Of a stretch of 64,000 nucleotides of DNA, positions 10,458 to 21,349 are shown in pieces (the stretch's first letter is position 1; each line of letters begins with the position of its first letter). The stretch is from an uncultured delta proteobacterium. GTDB taxonomy: Bacteria; Desulfobacterota; Binatia; DP-6. The translations under genes were made by a program, and so were the position numbers. A model generated the notes under the pieces. It was given only the letters and a program-made list of their open reading frames with translations. It was not told the DNA's origin and searched no databases. The stretch spans positions 384,001 to 448,000 of the forward strand of contig CAWFFN010000009.1 in assembly GCA_963815115.1 (NCBI GenBank). The letters run 5' to 3'.

Positions 10458-10901
10458 CACCTCGCCGCCCGTCGCCACGACACGGAGGTATCCGGCACCG
10501 CCCTTCACCTGGGCGTAGTAGCGCGCCCGGAGCCCCCACTTGGTCGCGTTCGACAGCTCAACCGCGAGCCCGCCGGGCGCCGCGTAGTATTTCGCGGCGA
10601 TGCGGAGCAGGACGCGCCACGGCGGCAGTCCCGGCTGAATCGTCGCTGTGCCGTTCAGGCGCAATACCTCGCCAGGGCGTGTCAGCCGCTCGCCGGTCAG
10701 GAGCAGCGCCACCTCCGGCTGCCGCGCGACGTTCCGCGCCGCCCACGTCGCGGTGCCGGTAGTGAGGTAGAGCATGCCACCATCCACCACGAACCAGAGG
10801 GGGGTGACGAACGGGCGGCCCGTGGCCGACAACGTGGCGACCAGCGCGACCATCGAGCCGCGCAGGAAGTCGACGACGACGGACGCGCTCGGTGGCAGCA
10901 T
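10450..10901 (-). CDS. Pyridoxamine 5'-phosphate oxidase-like split-barrel protein; 3' end fused into the SIR2 remnant
   Basis: 'VALVATLSATGRPFVTPLWFVVDGGMLYLTTGTATWAARNVARQPEVALL'. The ORF reads through to 10311 in antisense SIR2 sequence. Confidence 0.75.
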
Positions 10902-10917
10902 CGTCTCACGCCTCGCG

Positions 10918-13288
10918 TGTGCTGTCCCCCTCGTTTCCGTACAGCTCAGGCCGCTAGTGCACCGCCGTCGAGATGCGCTCAAGCATTCGACGATGCGACC
11001 GGATGATCGCCGCGGCAGGTTTCGTCCAGGCGAACGGCGTCGGGTTCTTCTTCCAGGCGCGCATGTAGGCGTTGAGATGATCGCGCAGGGCCTTCGCCGA
11101 GTGGAAGTCCGTCAGGCTCAGGGATTGTTTGCCGAGAATGCCGAAGAACCCTTCCACTTGATTGAGCCACGACGCGCTCGTCGGGGTGTAGTGGAAGCGA
11201 ACCAAGGGGGGGCGTATCGAGCCAGGCGCGCACGGCGGGGGTGCGGTGGGACGACGAATTGTCGAGAATGACGTGCAGTTCGCGGCCCGGATACGCCCGC
11301 ACGACTTTCTCCATGAACGCGAGGAAGTCCGCGGCGGTGTGCCGAGCGCTGAGCCGATGCGTAACGTCGCCGGTCGCGACTTCGAGGGCGGCGTACAGAT
11401 CGACGACCCCGTGGCGCTTGTAGTCGTGGGTGTGCCGCACGGCGCGGCCGGAGCGCAGCGGGAGCGGCCGTTGCGTCCGCTCCAACGCTTGGATCGACGT
11501 CTTCTCGTCCACGCTGAGGACCACGGCGTGCTCGGGGGGATGGAGGTAGAGCCCCACGATGTCGTGCACCTTCGCGACAAAGTCCGGGTCGCGGCTCACC
11601 TTGTACGTGCGCACGTGATGGGGCTTGAGCCCGTGGCGCCGCAGGAGATCGGACACGCAGCCACTCGTCAGGCCGACTTCCTTCGCGAGCAGGCGCGTCG
11701 TCCAGCGGCTGCGGCCCGCCGGCGGGGGCGACATAGCCAGCTCGACCACGCGCTCCACCGTCGCGGCGGGGACGGCGTGATCCGTGCGCCCGCCCTTCGG
11801 TCGCGTGGCGAGGCCGGCGACCCCGCCGTCGAGAAACCGGCGTCGAATCCGCGACACAGCCTCGGCCGACAGCTGCAGGCGGCGGGCGATGTCGGCGCCC
11901 GCCACGCCGTCGGCACTCCACAGCACCACATGCGCGCGCCGGATCACCTGCGCCGAGTCAGTCGCCCGCGCCACGAGGGTCTCCAACTCGCGCCGCTGCT
12001 TCGCCGTAAGCCCCACCACCATCCGCCGTCGTCTCATGCCACATTGGACGCACGTGCGTCATATTGATTCGATGACGACGGCGGTGCACTAGTTTCTCCC
12101 GATACTCCTTCGGCGTGAGGTAGCCCAACGCCGAGTGGGGTCGGTCCCCATCGTAGCGATCCAACCAATCCGCCACGACGCGGAAGGCGTGATCGCGGCT
12201 CTCGAAGCGGTGAAGCCAGACGCACTCCTGCTTCAAGGTCAGGAAGAAGCGCTCGATCATGCCGTTCTGCTGCGGCGTATAGGGGGTAATGTACTCCTGG
12301 GTCAGCCGATGGCGCCGCGCGACGGCGACGAACACCTTGGCGCCGAAGACGAGGCCGTTGTCCGACCGCAGGACGAGCGGCCGGGACGTGAGGTCGATCC
12401 GGCGGCTGCGTAACGCCTCCTCGCGCGCCGCGGCCGCCACGCCGGCGATGCCCGAGCGCGCCAGCCGCCAGCCGACGATGGTGCGGTCATAGCAGTCGAT
12501 GATCGCGGTGAGGTGGCACCACCCGTCGCGCCCGCAGAAGAGATGGGTCGTGTCGATGGCCCAGCGCTCGTCGGGCCGCGTCGCCCGCGACGCCCAGCCC
12601 TGCACGCGCGGACGATGTCCCTGCGGTTGTTGCCGGACCTGCCAGTTATTCAGCTGCACAATGCGATGGATCTTCTTGTGGTTCACCGGCGCGACACTCG
12701 CGCGCCGCACCCGCGCCGTGATCATCCGCACCCCGGCGGCGGTTCCGCCTCGATGATTGTCCGGATCTGCGCCTCCACGGTCGGATCCACGACCGGGGGC
12801 CGCGGCGCCGGCCGCACGGGCGGGCGGTAGTAGACGGTCGAGCGCGGCACGCCGAACCACCGGCACAGCTGCGCGATCGACACCGTCTGTCCTTCTTCTC
12901 GCATGAGGCCCTGCACCGTCAGAAGGCTTTGTCGGGTTTCCCGGTGAGGGCTTCGAGCTTTTTTCGCGCGTCGAGCTCCAGGACGAGTTCGCCCACCTTG
13001 GCGCGCAGCTCCCGCACCTCGCGGTCATGCGTCGCCTGCTCGTCCTCCGTCCGCGCCTTCAGCCCGCGTTCGCCCGCCTTCAGGAAGATCTCCATCCAGC
13101 TCTCGACCTCGGACTGCTTCAGGTCGTGCTCGCGGCACATTGTCCACGAGCTTCGCCTCGCCCTTGATCAGCTGCAGCAGCAGCTCGCCCTTGCGACGCG
13201 CCGTCCACCGCTGAAAGTCTTTCTCCATCGTCTCTCCCTCTGGACCCGGGCACTATGCCCTGTCCAGTCTGGGAGGGGGACGGCCTCA
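10918..13288 (-). mobile_element. IS3-family element (orfA DUF1153-like + orfB rve), frameshifted and interrupted by IS630
   Basis: TG..CA ends with imperfect IRs (TGTGCTGTCCCCCTC / TGAGGCCGTCCCCCTC) and a 4-bp flanking duplication CGCG (10914-17, 13289-92). orfB has 'WAIDTT', 'RSDNG', 'PQQNGMIERFF'. orfA spans 12919-13228. Confidence 0.88.
10954..12092 (-). mobile_element. IS630-family element; transposase 10954-12037 with frameshift near 11210
   Basis: 17-bp IR CTAGTGCACCGCCGTCG at both ends, with a CTAG/TA target. DDE motifs 'SVDEKT', 'ILDNSSSH', 'SWLNQVE'. The frameshift lies in a G7 run. Confidence 0.92.
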
Positions 13289-13664
13289 CGCGCACGGCGC
13301 CGTAGTCCCATGCGAGCACCCGCCGCGTGTCTACGCCGTACCAGGCGAGTGGCGCCGCCTCCGCGTCGGCGGGCGGGTCGACGCGGTGGGCGATGCCGCG
13401 AACGGAGACGCCGCGGAGTTGGAACCAATACCACCCGTCGTCGATCATGAGCACGACCTCGCAGCGATCCAGGGCAGGCGCCGCGTCGGCCGCGACTGCG
13501 AAGAGGTGACGGTCCCCGTCGAGGCGGGCGCGCGCGGGGAGCACGGCCGCGCGGTCGCCGTCAACGAACGCCACGGTGGCGCGCGGCGGATGGTCGAGGA
13601 GACCGCGCAGCGCGGCTGGCTCGACGTCCCGGGTGACGCGCCGCGCGGACGGGGGGTCGGCCAC
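13289..13664 (-). pseudogene. Split-barrel (PPOX-like) hypothetical protein, last codons separated by IS3
   Basis: 'EVVLMIDDGWYWFQLRGVSVRG...VLAWDYGAVR'. Removing IS3 and one CGCG restores 'GAVREA*' 4 bp before the ATG at 10901. Confidence 0.7.
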
Positions 13665-14133
13665 GGCCGGCGCGTAGCACACGCGGCGCTCGGGAACGAG
13701 CCACCGAGGCTGCCCGGGCGCGGCGCACCGCGCACGCTGGGAAGTAGATTCTACGCGGTCATGCCGCCCGTCGCCGGGGCGCATTCATCACCGCGACTGC
13801 CACCAACGTCATGGGCACGCGCCAGGGTCTCGGCGGCGGTCGTCGCGGAGATGACGACCACCACCACGATGGCAACCGTCGACGACGGCGGCGACCACGT
13901 CGTCGACGGCCACGGCCACGAGCAGCACGCGCGGCGAGACGATGGACCCGGCGGCGGTGCTACTGGAGCGGCTCCGTCGCGCTCGCGGCGCGCACGGCCC
14001 CCTCCAGCTCGTGGAGGAGCCGGGCCGACCCCACCATGGCACCCTCGATCCAGCCGCAGCTACTTGGGGCCCTCCGGCGGGGACGATCATCACTACCGCG
14101 TCGCGGCGGCTTTCTCGCGCGCGGCCGCGGCAG

Positions 14134-14466
14134 CACCAGGCCGGGCGCGGGTTGACGGAGATCATCCTTGCGCTCGGAAATGCGACGAGCATCCGGGCGA
14201 ATGGCGGTCGACAGAAGCTCGTCGAGGCCATGCGGCTGTTCATCCGGATGTACCGGCCGCACGAGGCGCGCGAGGACACCGTGCTCTTTCCAGCATTCCG
14301 TACCGTCGTCACGTCAAAGGAGTTTCTGGCGCTCGGCGAGCAGTTCGAGGACAAGGAGCACGAGCTCTTCGGAAAGGCGGGCTTCGAAGGCATCGTGGCG
14401 CAGGTGGGGACGCTGGAGCAGACGCTCGGAATCTACGACCTTCACCAGTTCACGCCGGCCGCATGA
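14134..14466 (+). pseudogene. C-terminal half of hemerythrin-domain protein
   Basis: 'FIRMYRPHEAREDTVLFPAF...LGEQFEDKEHELFG'. The N-terminal half is replaced by unrelated sequence. Confidence 0.7.
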
Positions 14467-15698
14467 GCGTTCGACCGGCAGGGTCATCGCGGCCCCTGGC
14501 CGCCGGCAAGGGCTATTTCGCCGGGCTTTCGGCGAACACGTTCCTCCTCGCCCTGGCGAGCCTGTTTGCGGACACGTCGACGGAGATGCTCTATCCGGTC
14601 CTGCCGATCTTCTTGACGCAGACGCTGGGCGCGAACGCGGCCGTGGTCGGGCTCGTGGAAGGCGTGGCCCCGGCCATCCAGAACATCGCCCAGGGCGTCT
14701 CGGGTCCGGTCTCCGATCGCTTGCGACGGCGGAAGCCCATCGCTGTGCTCGGGTACACGCTCGCGGCCGTGGCGAAGCCGCTGATCGGCCTTTCCACCGC
14801 CTGGAGTGGCGTCCTGGCCGCCCGGTCGCTCGACCGGCTCGGGGCTGGCACGCGCTCCGCGCCGCGCGACGCGCTCGTCGCGGCTTCCGCGGACGATGCC
14901 CACAGGGGCAAGGCGTTCGGTCTCGAAGGCTTCGGCGACAACATGGGCGCGTTCCTGGGACCGCTGCTCGCGATCGCTCTACTCAGCGTCGGCCACGTCA
15001 GCCTGCGGTCGATCTTCCTCTTGGCCGTCGTGCCGGGGGCGCTGGCAGTCGCGATGGTAGCGTTCGTCCGGGAGGAGCCCGCCGTCTCGGCGTCGAAGGG
15101 CACGCTCGACATGAGCTTGCCACGATTGCCGAGGAGCTACTGGAGGTACGTCACCGCGACGGCGCTCTTCGGACTCGGCAATTCGAGCAACTCGTTCCTC
15201 ATCCTGCGGACCGAGGGGCTCGGCGCTTCGCTGACGCTGACCATCTTCATCTACGCGCTCTTCAACCTCGTCGCGGCGCTCGCCTCGTATCCCGCCGGTT
15301 ACCTGTCGGACACGCTTGGCAGGAAGGGCGTCCTGCTCCTCGCTCTGCTCGTGTTCCTGGTGGTGTACGCGGGCTTCGGGCTCACGGCGAACGCGCACGT
15401 CATCGGCGTCCTCTTCGTGCTCTACGGCCTCCATCAGGGCGCGTTCCGCTCCGTCGGAAAGGCGCTGGCGGCCGACTTCGTCTCCGCCGAGCTGCGCGCG
15501 AGCGCCGTGGGTTGTTACGCGGCGACGATCGGGCTGACCGGCCTCGTCGCCAGCATCGTCGGTGGCGAGCTCTCGACCCGCGTCGGCCCCACGGCCACGT
15601 TCCTGCTCGGAGCCGCCTCCGCCTCGATCGGGAGCATCGCGCTCGCGCTGGTGGTCACGCCGGAAAGGAGGGGCGCCGCGCCGAATGCTGCCGGTTGA
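14463..15698 (+). CDS. MFS transporter
   Basis: ATG overlaps the upstream TGA. About 12 TM segments. Motifs 'GPVSDRLRRRKP', 'RSAPRDAL', 'GYLSDTLGRK'. Confidence 0.9.
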   Translation: MSVRPAGSSRPLAAGKGYFAGLSANTFLLALASLFADTSTEMLYPVLPIFLTQTLGANAAVVGLVEGVAPAIQNIAQGVSGPVSDRLRRRKPIAVLGYTLAAVAKPLIGLSTAWSGVLAARSLDRLGAGTRSAPRDALVAASADDAHRGKAFGLEGFGDNMGAFLGPLLAIALLSVGHVSLRSIFLLAVVPGALAVAMVAFVREEPAVSASKGTLDMSLPRLPRSYWRYVTATALFGLGNSSNSFLILRTEGLGASLTLTIFIYALFNLVAALASYPAGYLSDTLGRKGVLLLALLVFLVVYAGFGLTANAHVIGVLFVLYGLHQGAFRSVGKALAADFVSAELRASAVGCYAATIGLTGLVASIVGGELSTRVGPTATFLLGAASASIGSIALALVVTPERRGAAPNAAG

Positions 15699-15732
15699 TC
15701 GTACGGCTCCGGCCGCCTCACCCAGGAGTGCG

Positions 15733-16325
15733 ATGAACTGCGCCCGGGTGACAATCTGCGATACGATCGCGTTGCTGGGCGCCATCCTCGCCATTGCCGT
15801 GGCGTGCGTCGGCGCGTCGCCCTCGCGGGAGGTGTCGTTCCCGACGGCGGACGGAGGCACCGTGGTGGCCGACTTCTATGCTGCGAACGGCTCCGGCGCC
15901 GTCGTGCTGGCGCACGGAGCGGCGTTCGACAAGGCGAGCTGGGCACCCGTCGCCACCTGGCTCGCCGGCCGCGGGCACCAGGTGGTGGCGATCGACTTCC
16001 GCGGCTACGGACACTCCACGGCGGGAAGGGACTCCCGGGCGCTGTTCGAGGACGTGCTCGCGGCGGTGCGCTATCTGCACACCCACGGCGCGACGCGGGT
16101 CGCGGTCCTCGGCGCGAGCATGGGAGGCGGGGCTGCCGCGGAGGCCGCCGTGCGGGCGGCTCCCGGAGAAATCGACCGGGTGATCCTGCTCTCCCCCGTG
16201 CCGGTTGCCGACCCGGAGCATCTCCGGGGCCCGGTGCTCTTCATCGCGAGCGAGCAGGAGCCGATGGCCGCTCAGGTAACCGAGCTGTATCGGCGTGCGC
16301 CCGAGCCGAAGCGGCTCGTCCTGCG
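15733..16325 (+). pseudogene. Secreted alpha/beta hydrolase, C-terminally truncated
   Basis: 'VVLAHG', 'IDFRGYG', nucleophile 'GASMGG'. Breaks after 'PKRLVL', before the catalytic His. Confidence 0.7.
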
Positions 16326-16445
16326 AACCTGTCGGGCGGGTGGACGACCTACGAGGCGCTCCGCGCGGCCGGACTGGTTCCCGATGGAGGAAGAGGCTGT
16401 CTGTGAGGACACGGAGCGCGAAGGCTCTGTGCGAGTGATCGCAGG

Positions 16446-16871
16446 TTACCGCACGCCGCGGGGTGGCGGGTTCGACTCGAACGTCGCCATGTCCTCTGGA
16501 AGGCTGATCCAGGCGTGCTTGTCCTTCGTCCAGACCGACTGCTCAGGTTGGGGAAAGCTCGCGTCCGCGAATGCGCCGAGAGCGACGCCCAGGAGGTCGG
16601 GCATCCGCGCCGGCTCCCAATACACATTCGCTCCACATCGGCCGCAGAAATGGAACCTCACGGGAAAGCCACTCGCGGACCCGCGCTCGAAGACTCGAGA
16701 TGTGCCACGTTCGACGCGCACGCTGCTGCGCTCGTAGAAGACCGCGACGCTGAAGGCGCTGCCCGTCCGACGCTGGCATTCGAGACAGTGACACATGGAG
16801 ATCCGCCTCGGATCACCAGAACAGATGAGTTCGGGCTGCCCGCAATGGCAGCGAGCCGAGCGAGATTTCAT
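16446..16871 (-). CDS. GFA (glutathione-dependent formaldehyde-activating) family Zn protein
   Basis: 'CHCG', 'CHCLECQRRTG', 'FCGRCG' motifs. Confidence 0.9.
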   Translation of the reverse strand: MKSRSARCHCGQPELICSGDPRRISMCHCLECQRRTGSAFSVAVFYERSSVRVERGTSRVFERGSASGFPVRFHFCGRCGANVYWEPARMPDLLGVALGAFADASFPQPEQSVWTKDKHAWISLPEDMATFESNPPPRGVR

Positions 16872-16999
16872 TGGCGCGTCAACTCCTGGACCATCCGGTT
16901 GCATCTGGGCTCACGCGGCGAGTCGATCCTTCCCATGCGCGTGGCTCGATGCCCTCAATGGGCTGCGCGAGCGGGATGGTGACCCGAACCGTAGCACCC

Positions 17000-17247
17000 T
17001 TGCCGATCCCCCCGATCTCACGCGTCTCACGTCCAGTGTCCAGGACCTCATGCGGCAGATCGACGGATCGCGCACCGTCCGCGCCCACGGCTCGGCGGCC
17101 ATGCCGGTTTGGGGTGAGGTGTTCGAGCAGTCATTGATCGACGAGCCACACCACCGCCGCACGGCGCTGCTGCACGTGCAGGCGCTGGGCGGACTACGTC
17201 TACCGCTTACGCCGCGCCGAAGCGCGAAGCGGCCCGTAGCCCAATAG
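17000..17247 (+). pseudogene. Cytochrome c paralog remnant lacking the heme-binding N-terminus
   Basis: 'DLTRL...IDGSRTVRAHGSAAMPVWGEVFEQ' is near-identical to the cytochromes at 21350 and 30723. No CxxCH. Confidence 0.7.
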
Positions 17248-19899
17248 CCGGGCCACCAGTTTGCGGCCCTCCTCCAGAACCAGCACGCTCGAGGCAACGC
17301 CGGCGCACATCGCCCAGTCGTATGCGTTCAACGCTGTCGTGCGGAAGATCGCCTGGGCCGGGGGCCAGTGGACAGCGACTCCCTGCAACACGACGACGCC
17401 GGCCAGCGACCACCAGAGCATCGGGTTGGTGAAGAGATGGCGGTTGAGGAACGAGGCCCGCTCGACACGCGCGTTGAACACGTTGAAGAACTGGAAGAGC
17501 ACGAAGGTTGTGAAGGCGAGCGTCAGGGCTCGTGCCCGGGTGCCCGTCTGCAATCCGAAGCGTTGGACGGCGAGTGTGCCGATCATCATGAGGAGGCCGA
17601 ACGTGACGACGTGGACCAGCCGCGACAAGGGAAGAACCGACTCACTTCTTTGGCGCGGCGGCTCGTCCATGATCCCCGGGCGGGCGGCGTCCAGGGCTAG
17701 TGACACGGCCGGCGGCCCGTCCATGATCATCGCAACCCACAGAATCTGAATCGGATTGAAGACGTCAGGCAGGCCGATCAACGGCGAGAAGAAGAGCGTG
17801 AAGATCGCCCCCATTGTCGTGGACAGCTGGAAGCGGACGAACTTAAGGATGTTGTCGTAGAGCGTACGCCCCTGCCGGACTGCGCCTACGATGCTGGCGA
17901 AGTTGTCGTCCGTGAGCACCATGCTTGCGGCTTCGCGGGCGACCTCCGTGCCACTAGCGCCCATCGCCACCCCGATGTCTGCACACTTGAGCGCCGGCGC
18001 ATCGTTCACGCCGTCTCCGGTCATGGCGACGACATGCCCCTTGGCCTGAAGCGCGCGCACAATCCTGACCTTGTGCTCGGGTGCGACGCGGGCGAACACC
18101 GCGACTTCCCCGAGGACATCGGCAAGGCCAACCTCGTCAAACGCGTCGAGCTCGACGCCGGTGATCGCTCTGCCGTCGATGCCGAGCTCGCGGGCAATGG
18201 CCGTGGCAGTGTCCTTGTGGTCGCCCGTGATCATCTTGACGGCGATGCCTGCGCGACGGCACAGCGCGATGGCGTCGCGTGCCTCGGGGCGTGGGGGATC
18301 TGCGAGCCCCGCCAGCGCCACGAAGGTCAGGTGCGAGAGGTGGGCACCCAGGTCTCCGGTCGGGTCAAATCCGTTCGCCGCCAGCGTGCGGGAGGCGATC
18401 AGCAAGCCGCGCAGACCTCGCTCCGCCATCGACCGATAGGCCTCCTGGATCTGGTGAACTGCTACGACGTCAATTGGGGCCTCGCCGCCGGCGGAGAGGG
18501 TGCGGCTGCATCGCTGCAGAAGTACATCGGGCGCGCCCTTGACGAATACCTGAACGCCGTCAGCGCGCCGATGGAAGGTCGCCATGAACTTGTGGGCGGA
18601 GTCGAACGGGATCTCCGCCACGCGGGGGAGCCTCGCGACCACCGCGGCTGCGTCCGCGCCCCCCTTAGCAGCCAGGATGAGAAGGGCCGCCTCGGTCGGA
18701 TCGCCGATGACCTGCTCGTCCTGCACTCGGCTGTCATTGCAGGAGACGAGCGGCTCCAGCAGGGCCGAGAGGTCGGGTGATGTAGCTGACCCGCGCTCGA
18801 CGCGGATCGTGCCTTCTGGTCGGTAGCCCTCACCCGATACACAGAACTCCTCCCCGCGGTAGTAGAAGGCCAGCGCCGTCATCTGGTTGAGCGTCAAGGT
18901 TCCCGTCTTGTCGGAGCAGATGACGGTCGTGCAGCCGAGCGTTTCGACGCTCGGCAAACGTTTCACGATCGCGCGCTGGCGCGCCATCTGGCGCATCCCG
19001 AGCGCGAGCGTCACCGTGACCACGACGGGCAGCCCTTCAGGTACGGCGGCCACCGCGAGCGCGATTGCGTCGAGGATCTCCTGGACGAGGTTGGAGCCGC
19101 GCAGCAACTCGAGGACAAAGAGCAATCCCACCAGGCTGACCGCGACCGCTCCCAGCCGCTTCCCGAGCTGGTCGAGCTGCGCCTGCAGCGGGCTCGCGGT
19201 CTCGGCTGTGGCGGCGAGCTGCTGAGAGATCCGTCCCATCGCGGTGTGCATGCCGGTTTCGGTGACGATCATCTCGCCGCGGCCGTGCGCGACGACGGTG
19301 TTCAGGTGGGCGAGGTTAAGCCGATCCGCCAACGGCGTCTCTGCGGCGACTACGGCGGCCGCGTCCTTTGCGGCCGGGGCCGACTCGCCGGTGAGAGCGG
19401 ACTCGTCGATCGTCAGTCCGACGGACAGCGTCAGCCTGCCATCGGCGGGTACGCGGTCCCCTGCTTCGATTAGAGCGACGTCGCCGAGCACGAGATCCTC
19501 GGCGGGGACATCGAGCTTGGTGCCGCCGCGACGCACACGAGCTCGCGCGGGTAGCATCTTCTTGAGGGCGGCGAGACTCTGCTCGGCCCGATGCTCCTGA
19601 TAGAAACTCACGAGGGCGTTCAGGAACACGACCAGCACGATCACAGCCGCGTCCTTGACGTTCCCGATCGCCGCCGCGAGGGCGGCGGCGAAGAGGAGCA
19701 CGAGAATGAGCACGTTCCGGAACTGCCCGAAGAAGAGCAGCCACACCGACCTGGATGGCTGCTCCGGCAGGCGGTTGGCGCCGTACGCCTCTCTGCGAGG
19801 TGCCACTTCGATCGGATCGAGCCCCGTGGCGAAGCCGACGCCGAGCAGCGCCGCCACCTCATCGCAAGGCAGCGAGTGCCACTCGCGCGAGTCCACCAT
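17200..19899 (-). CDS. Cation-translocating P-type ATPase (type II, Ca2+-like)
   Basis: 'LTGES', 'VPEGLP', 'CSDKTGTLT', 'KGAPD', 'MTGDGVNDAPALK'. Alternative start at 19956. Confidence 0.95.
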   Translation of the reverse strand: MVDSREWHSLPCDEVAALLGVGFATGLDPIEVAPRREAYGANRLPEQPSRSVWLLFFGQFRNVLILVLLFAAALAAAIGNVKDAAVIVLVVFLNALVSFYQEHRAEQSLAALKKMLPARARVRRGGTKLDVPAEDLVLGDVALIEAGDRVPADGRLTLSVGLTIDESALTGESAPAAKDAAAVVAAETPLADRLNLAHLNTVVAHGRGEMIVTETGMHTAMGRISQQLAATAETASPLQAQLDQLGKRLGAVAVSLVGLLFVLELLRGSNLVQEILDAIALAVAAVPEGLPVVVTVTLALGMRQMARQRAIVKRLPSVETLGCTTVICSDKTGTLTLNQMTALAFYYRGEEFCVSGEGYRPEGTIRVERGSATSPDLSALLEPLVSCNDSRVQDEQVIGDPTEAALLILAAKGGADAAAVVARLPRVAEIPFDSAHKFMATFHRRADGVQVFVKGAPDVLLQRCSRTLSAGGEAPIDVVAVHQIQEAYRSMAERGLRGLLIASRTLAANGFDPTGDLGAHLSHLTFVALAGLADPPRPEARDAIALCRRAGIAVKMITGDHKDTATAIARELGIDGRAITGVELDAFDEVGLADVLGEVAVFARVAPEHKVRIVRALQAKGHVVAMTGDGVNDAPALKCADIGVAMGASGTEVAREAASMVLTDDNFASIVGAVRQGRTLYDNILKFVRFQLSTTMGAIFTLFFSPLIGLPDVFNPIQILWVAMIMDGPPAVSLALDAARPGIMDEPPRQRSESVLPLSRLVHVVTFGLLMMIGTLAVQRFGLQTGTRARALTLAFTTFVLFQFFNVFNARVERASFLNRHLFTNPMLWWSLAGVVVLQGVAVHWPPAQAIFRTTALNAYDWAMCAGVASSVLVLEEGRKLVARLLGYGPLRASARRKR

Positions 19900-20268
19900 G
19901 CGCCACCTTTGCCAGATGTCGTGCGGCGTACGCGAGGGGAGTTGGTGGTGCGCCATCCCTCCAGCGACCTCGACGACGGCGTGCGGGTCCGAATCAGTCC
20001 AGGCGGGGCGGCAGTCGGCGGGCCCGCGCCCGGATCGCGTTGATCACCTCGAACACCGCCGGGCTGCCCACGTCGCTCGAGGGCGCGCTTGTCCGGCAGA
20101 TCCAGCAATCAGGCCGGGGGCCGGCGCTTCACGCGAACCGTCCCGGGCCCCGATCCACAACTGTTTGCTGTTCGCGATTTTCGTCGATGGCGTTCTCAGG
20201 GATGCGAGGAACACCACGTCACCCGGCGTACTCGTTCACTGCTGCGGGCAGTCTCGCCACGAGACCAC

Positions 20269-20284
20269 GGGCACGGCTGTTGCT
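20269..20284 (+). promoter_or_regulatory. Sigma54 (-24/-12) promoter candidate
   Basis: GGGCACG-GCTG-TTGCT with correct GG-N10-GC spacing, just upstream of the ATG at 20298. Confidence 0.55.
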
Positions 20285-20297
20285 TGTGCGATGAGGC

Positions 20298-20783
20298 ATG
20301 TGGCCGCCTCCCAAACTCATCGCCAGCGTGATCACGTGGCGGGGCTGGAACCCCAGCGTGATTCGCGCTGGAAGCCGGCTTCATACCGCTCTTTTACGAC
20401 GATTCCGGGGGGCGAAACTAATCGGCGGTGATGCGCTTATCCTCACCAGCCGCGGGCGGAAGACAGGGAAGGAAACCTCGACGCCGCTCTTCTACGCCAG
20501 GGATGCGGACCGTCTGCTCATTGCCGCCTCCTTCGCAGGCAGCGGTGTTCCGCCCGGATGGTATCTGAATCTGGTCGCCCACCCCGATGTGCAGGCGACG
20601 ACCAGGGGTCGCACGGAATGGTATCGGGCTCGTACGCTTAGCGACGCGGACGCCGAGGCCGCCTGGCCGAAGCTGCTCGCGGTCTACCCGACGTTCGCAC
20701 GCTACCGGCGGCGCGCAAAGCGCACGATACCGGTCGTCGAGTTGCGCCGCAGTGTCGGCGACGCCTCGCCGCCTCCCACGTGA
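20298..20783 (+). CDS. Deazaflavin (F420)-dependent nitroreductase (Ddn) family protein
   Basis: 'LILTSRGRKTGK...TPL', 'AASFAG...PGWYLNLVAHP', 'RTIPVVEL'. Confidence 0.88.
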   Translation: MWPPPKLIASVITWRGWNPSVIRAGSRLHTALLRRFRGAKLIGGDALILTSRGRKTGKETSTPLFYARDADRLLIAASFAGSGVPPGWYLNLVAHPDVQATTRGRTEWYRARTLSDADAEAAWPKLLAVYPTFARYRRRAKRTIPVVELRRSVGDASPPPT

Positions 20784-20866
20784 ACAGCGGATCGGCGTAG
20801 AAGCTCGAACGATTCGGAACCCGCGCGCGATCCACAACTCTTGACCCATTTCTCGAGGACGTTGCC

Positions 20867-21220
20867 ATGAGTGGTCTTCGAGGCACCGTCTATCTCTCAC
20901 GAGCAGGTCTCGTGGCGCTCGCAGTGGCGTGCCTGGTCGCGTGCGAGAACGACACTCAAACCTACTATCCGATCAAGTTCTGCTACACGCGCTGCGATGA
21001 ACCCGGCCGTACCGGACGCACCCACAAGCGCTTCGCGGTAGCTCTTCTACGGGAGCGCTATACCGCGATCCCCGCGCAACAAGACGTCATCCTCCAGATA
21101 GGCGACTTCGCCATGGAGTCGCTCACCAAAGATCACCATCTCGACCGCCGGGTTCAAGATCAGCGCAACTGGCGGTGCGCGGGCGAGCCGATGCCGGGGA
21201 GGGGATCTGAATTGGGATGA
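20867..21220 (+). CDS. Hypothetical lipoprotein
   Basis: GAGGA RBS. Hydrophobic N-terminus ending in lipobox-like LVAC. Confidence 0.45.
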   Translation: MSGLRGTVYLSRAGLVALAVACLVACENDTQTYYPIKFCYTRCDEPGRTGRTHKRFAVALLRERYTAIPAQQDVILQIGDFAMESLTKDHHLDRRVQDQRNWRCAGEPMPGRGSELG

Positions 21221-21349
21221 TCTGGTCCGGGCGGACCATCACAAGCTCCTTCTCCGGCGTCGGGTGTAGCGGAGTGCCGGGTCGCCGAGCACGTTTCCCC
21301 CGTCGGGCTCGCCGCCGCCTAGATGCATCTTGCAATCGAGCGCAGATGG

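Noticed and set aside
13386-14462. 770-aa ORF suggesting an N-terminally extended MFS
   Set aside because: The extension is low-complexity and out of frame with the hemerythrin fragment. The real start is the ATG at 14463.
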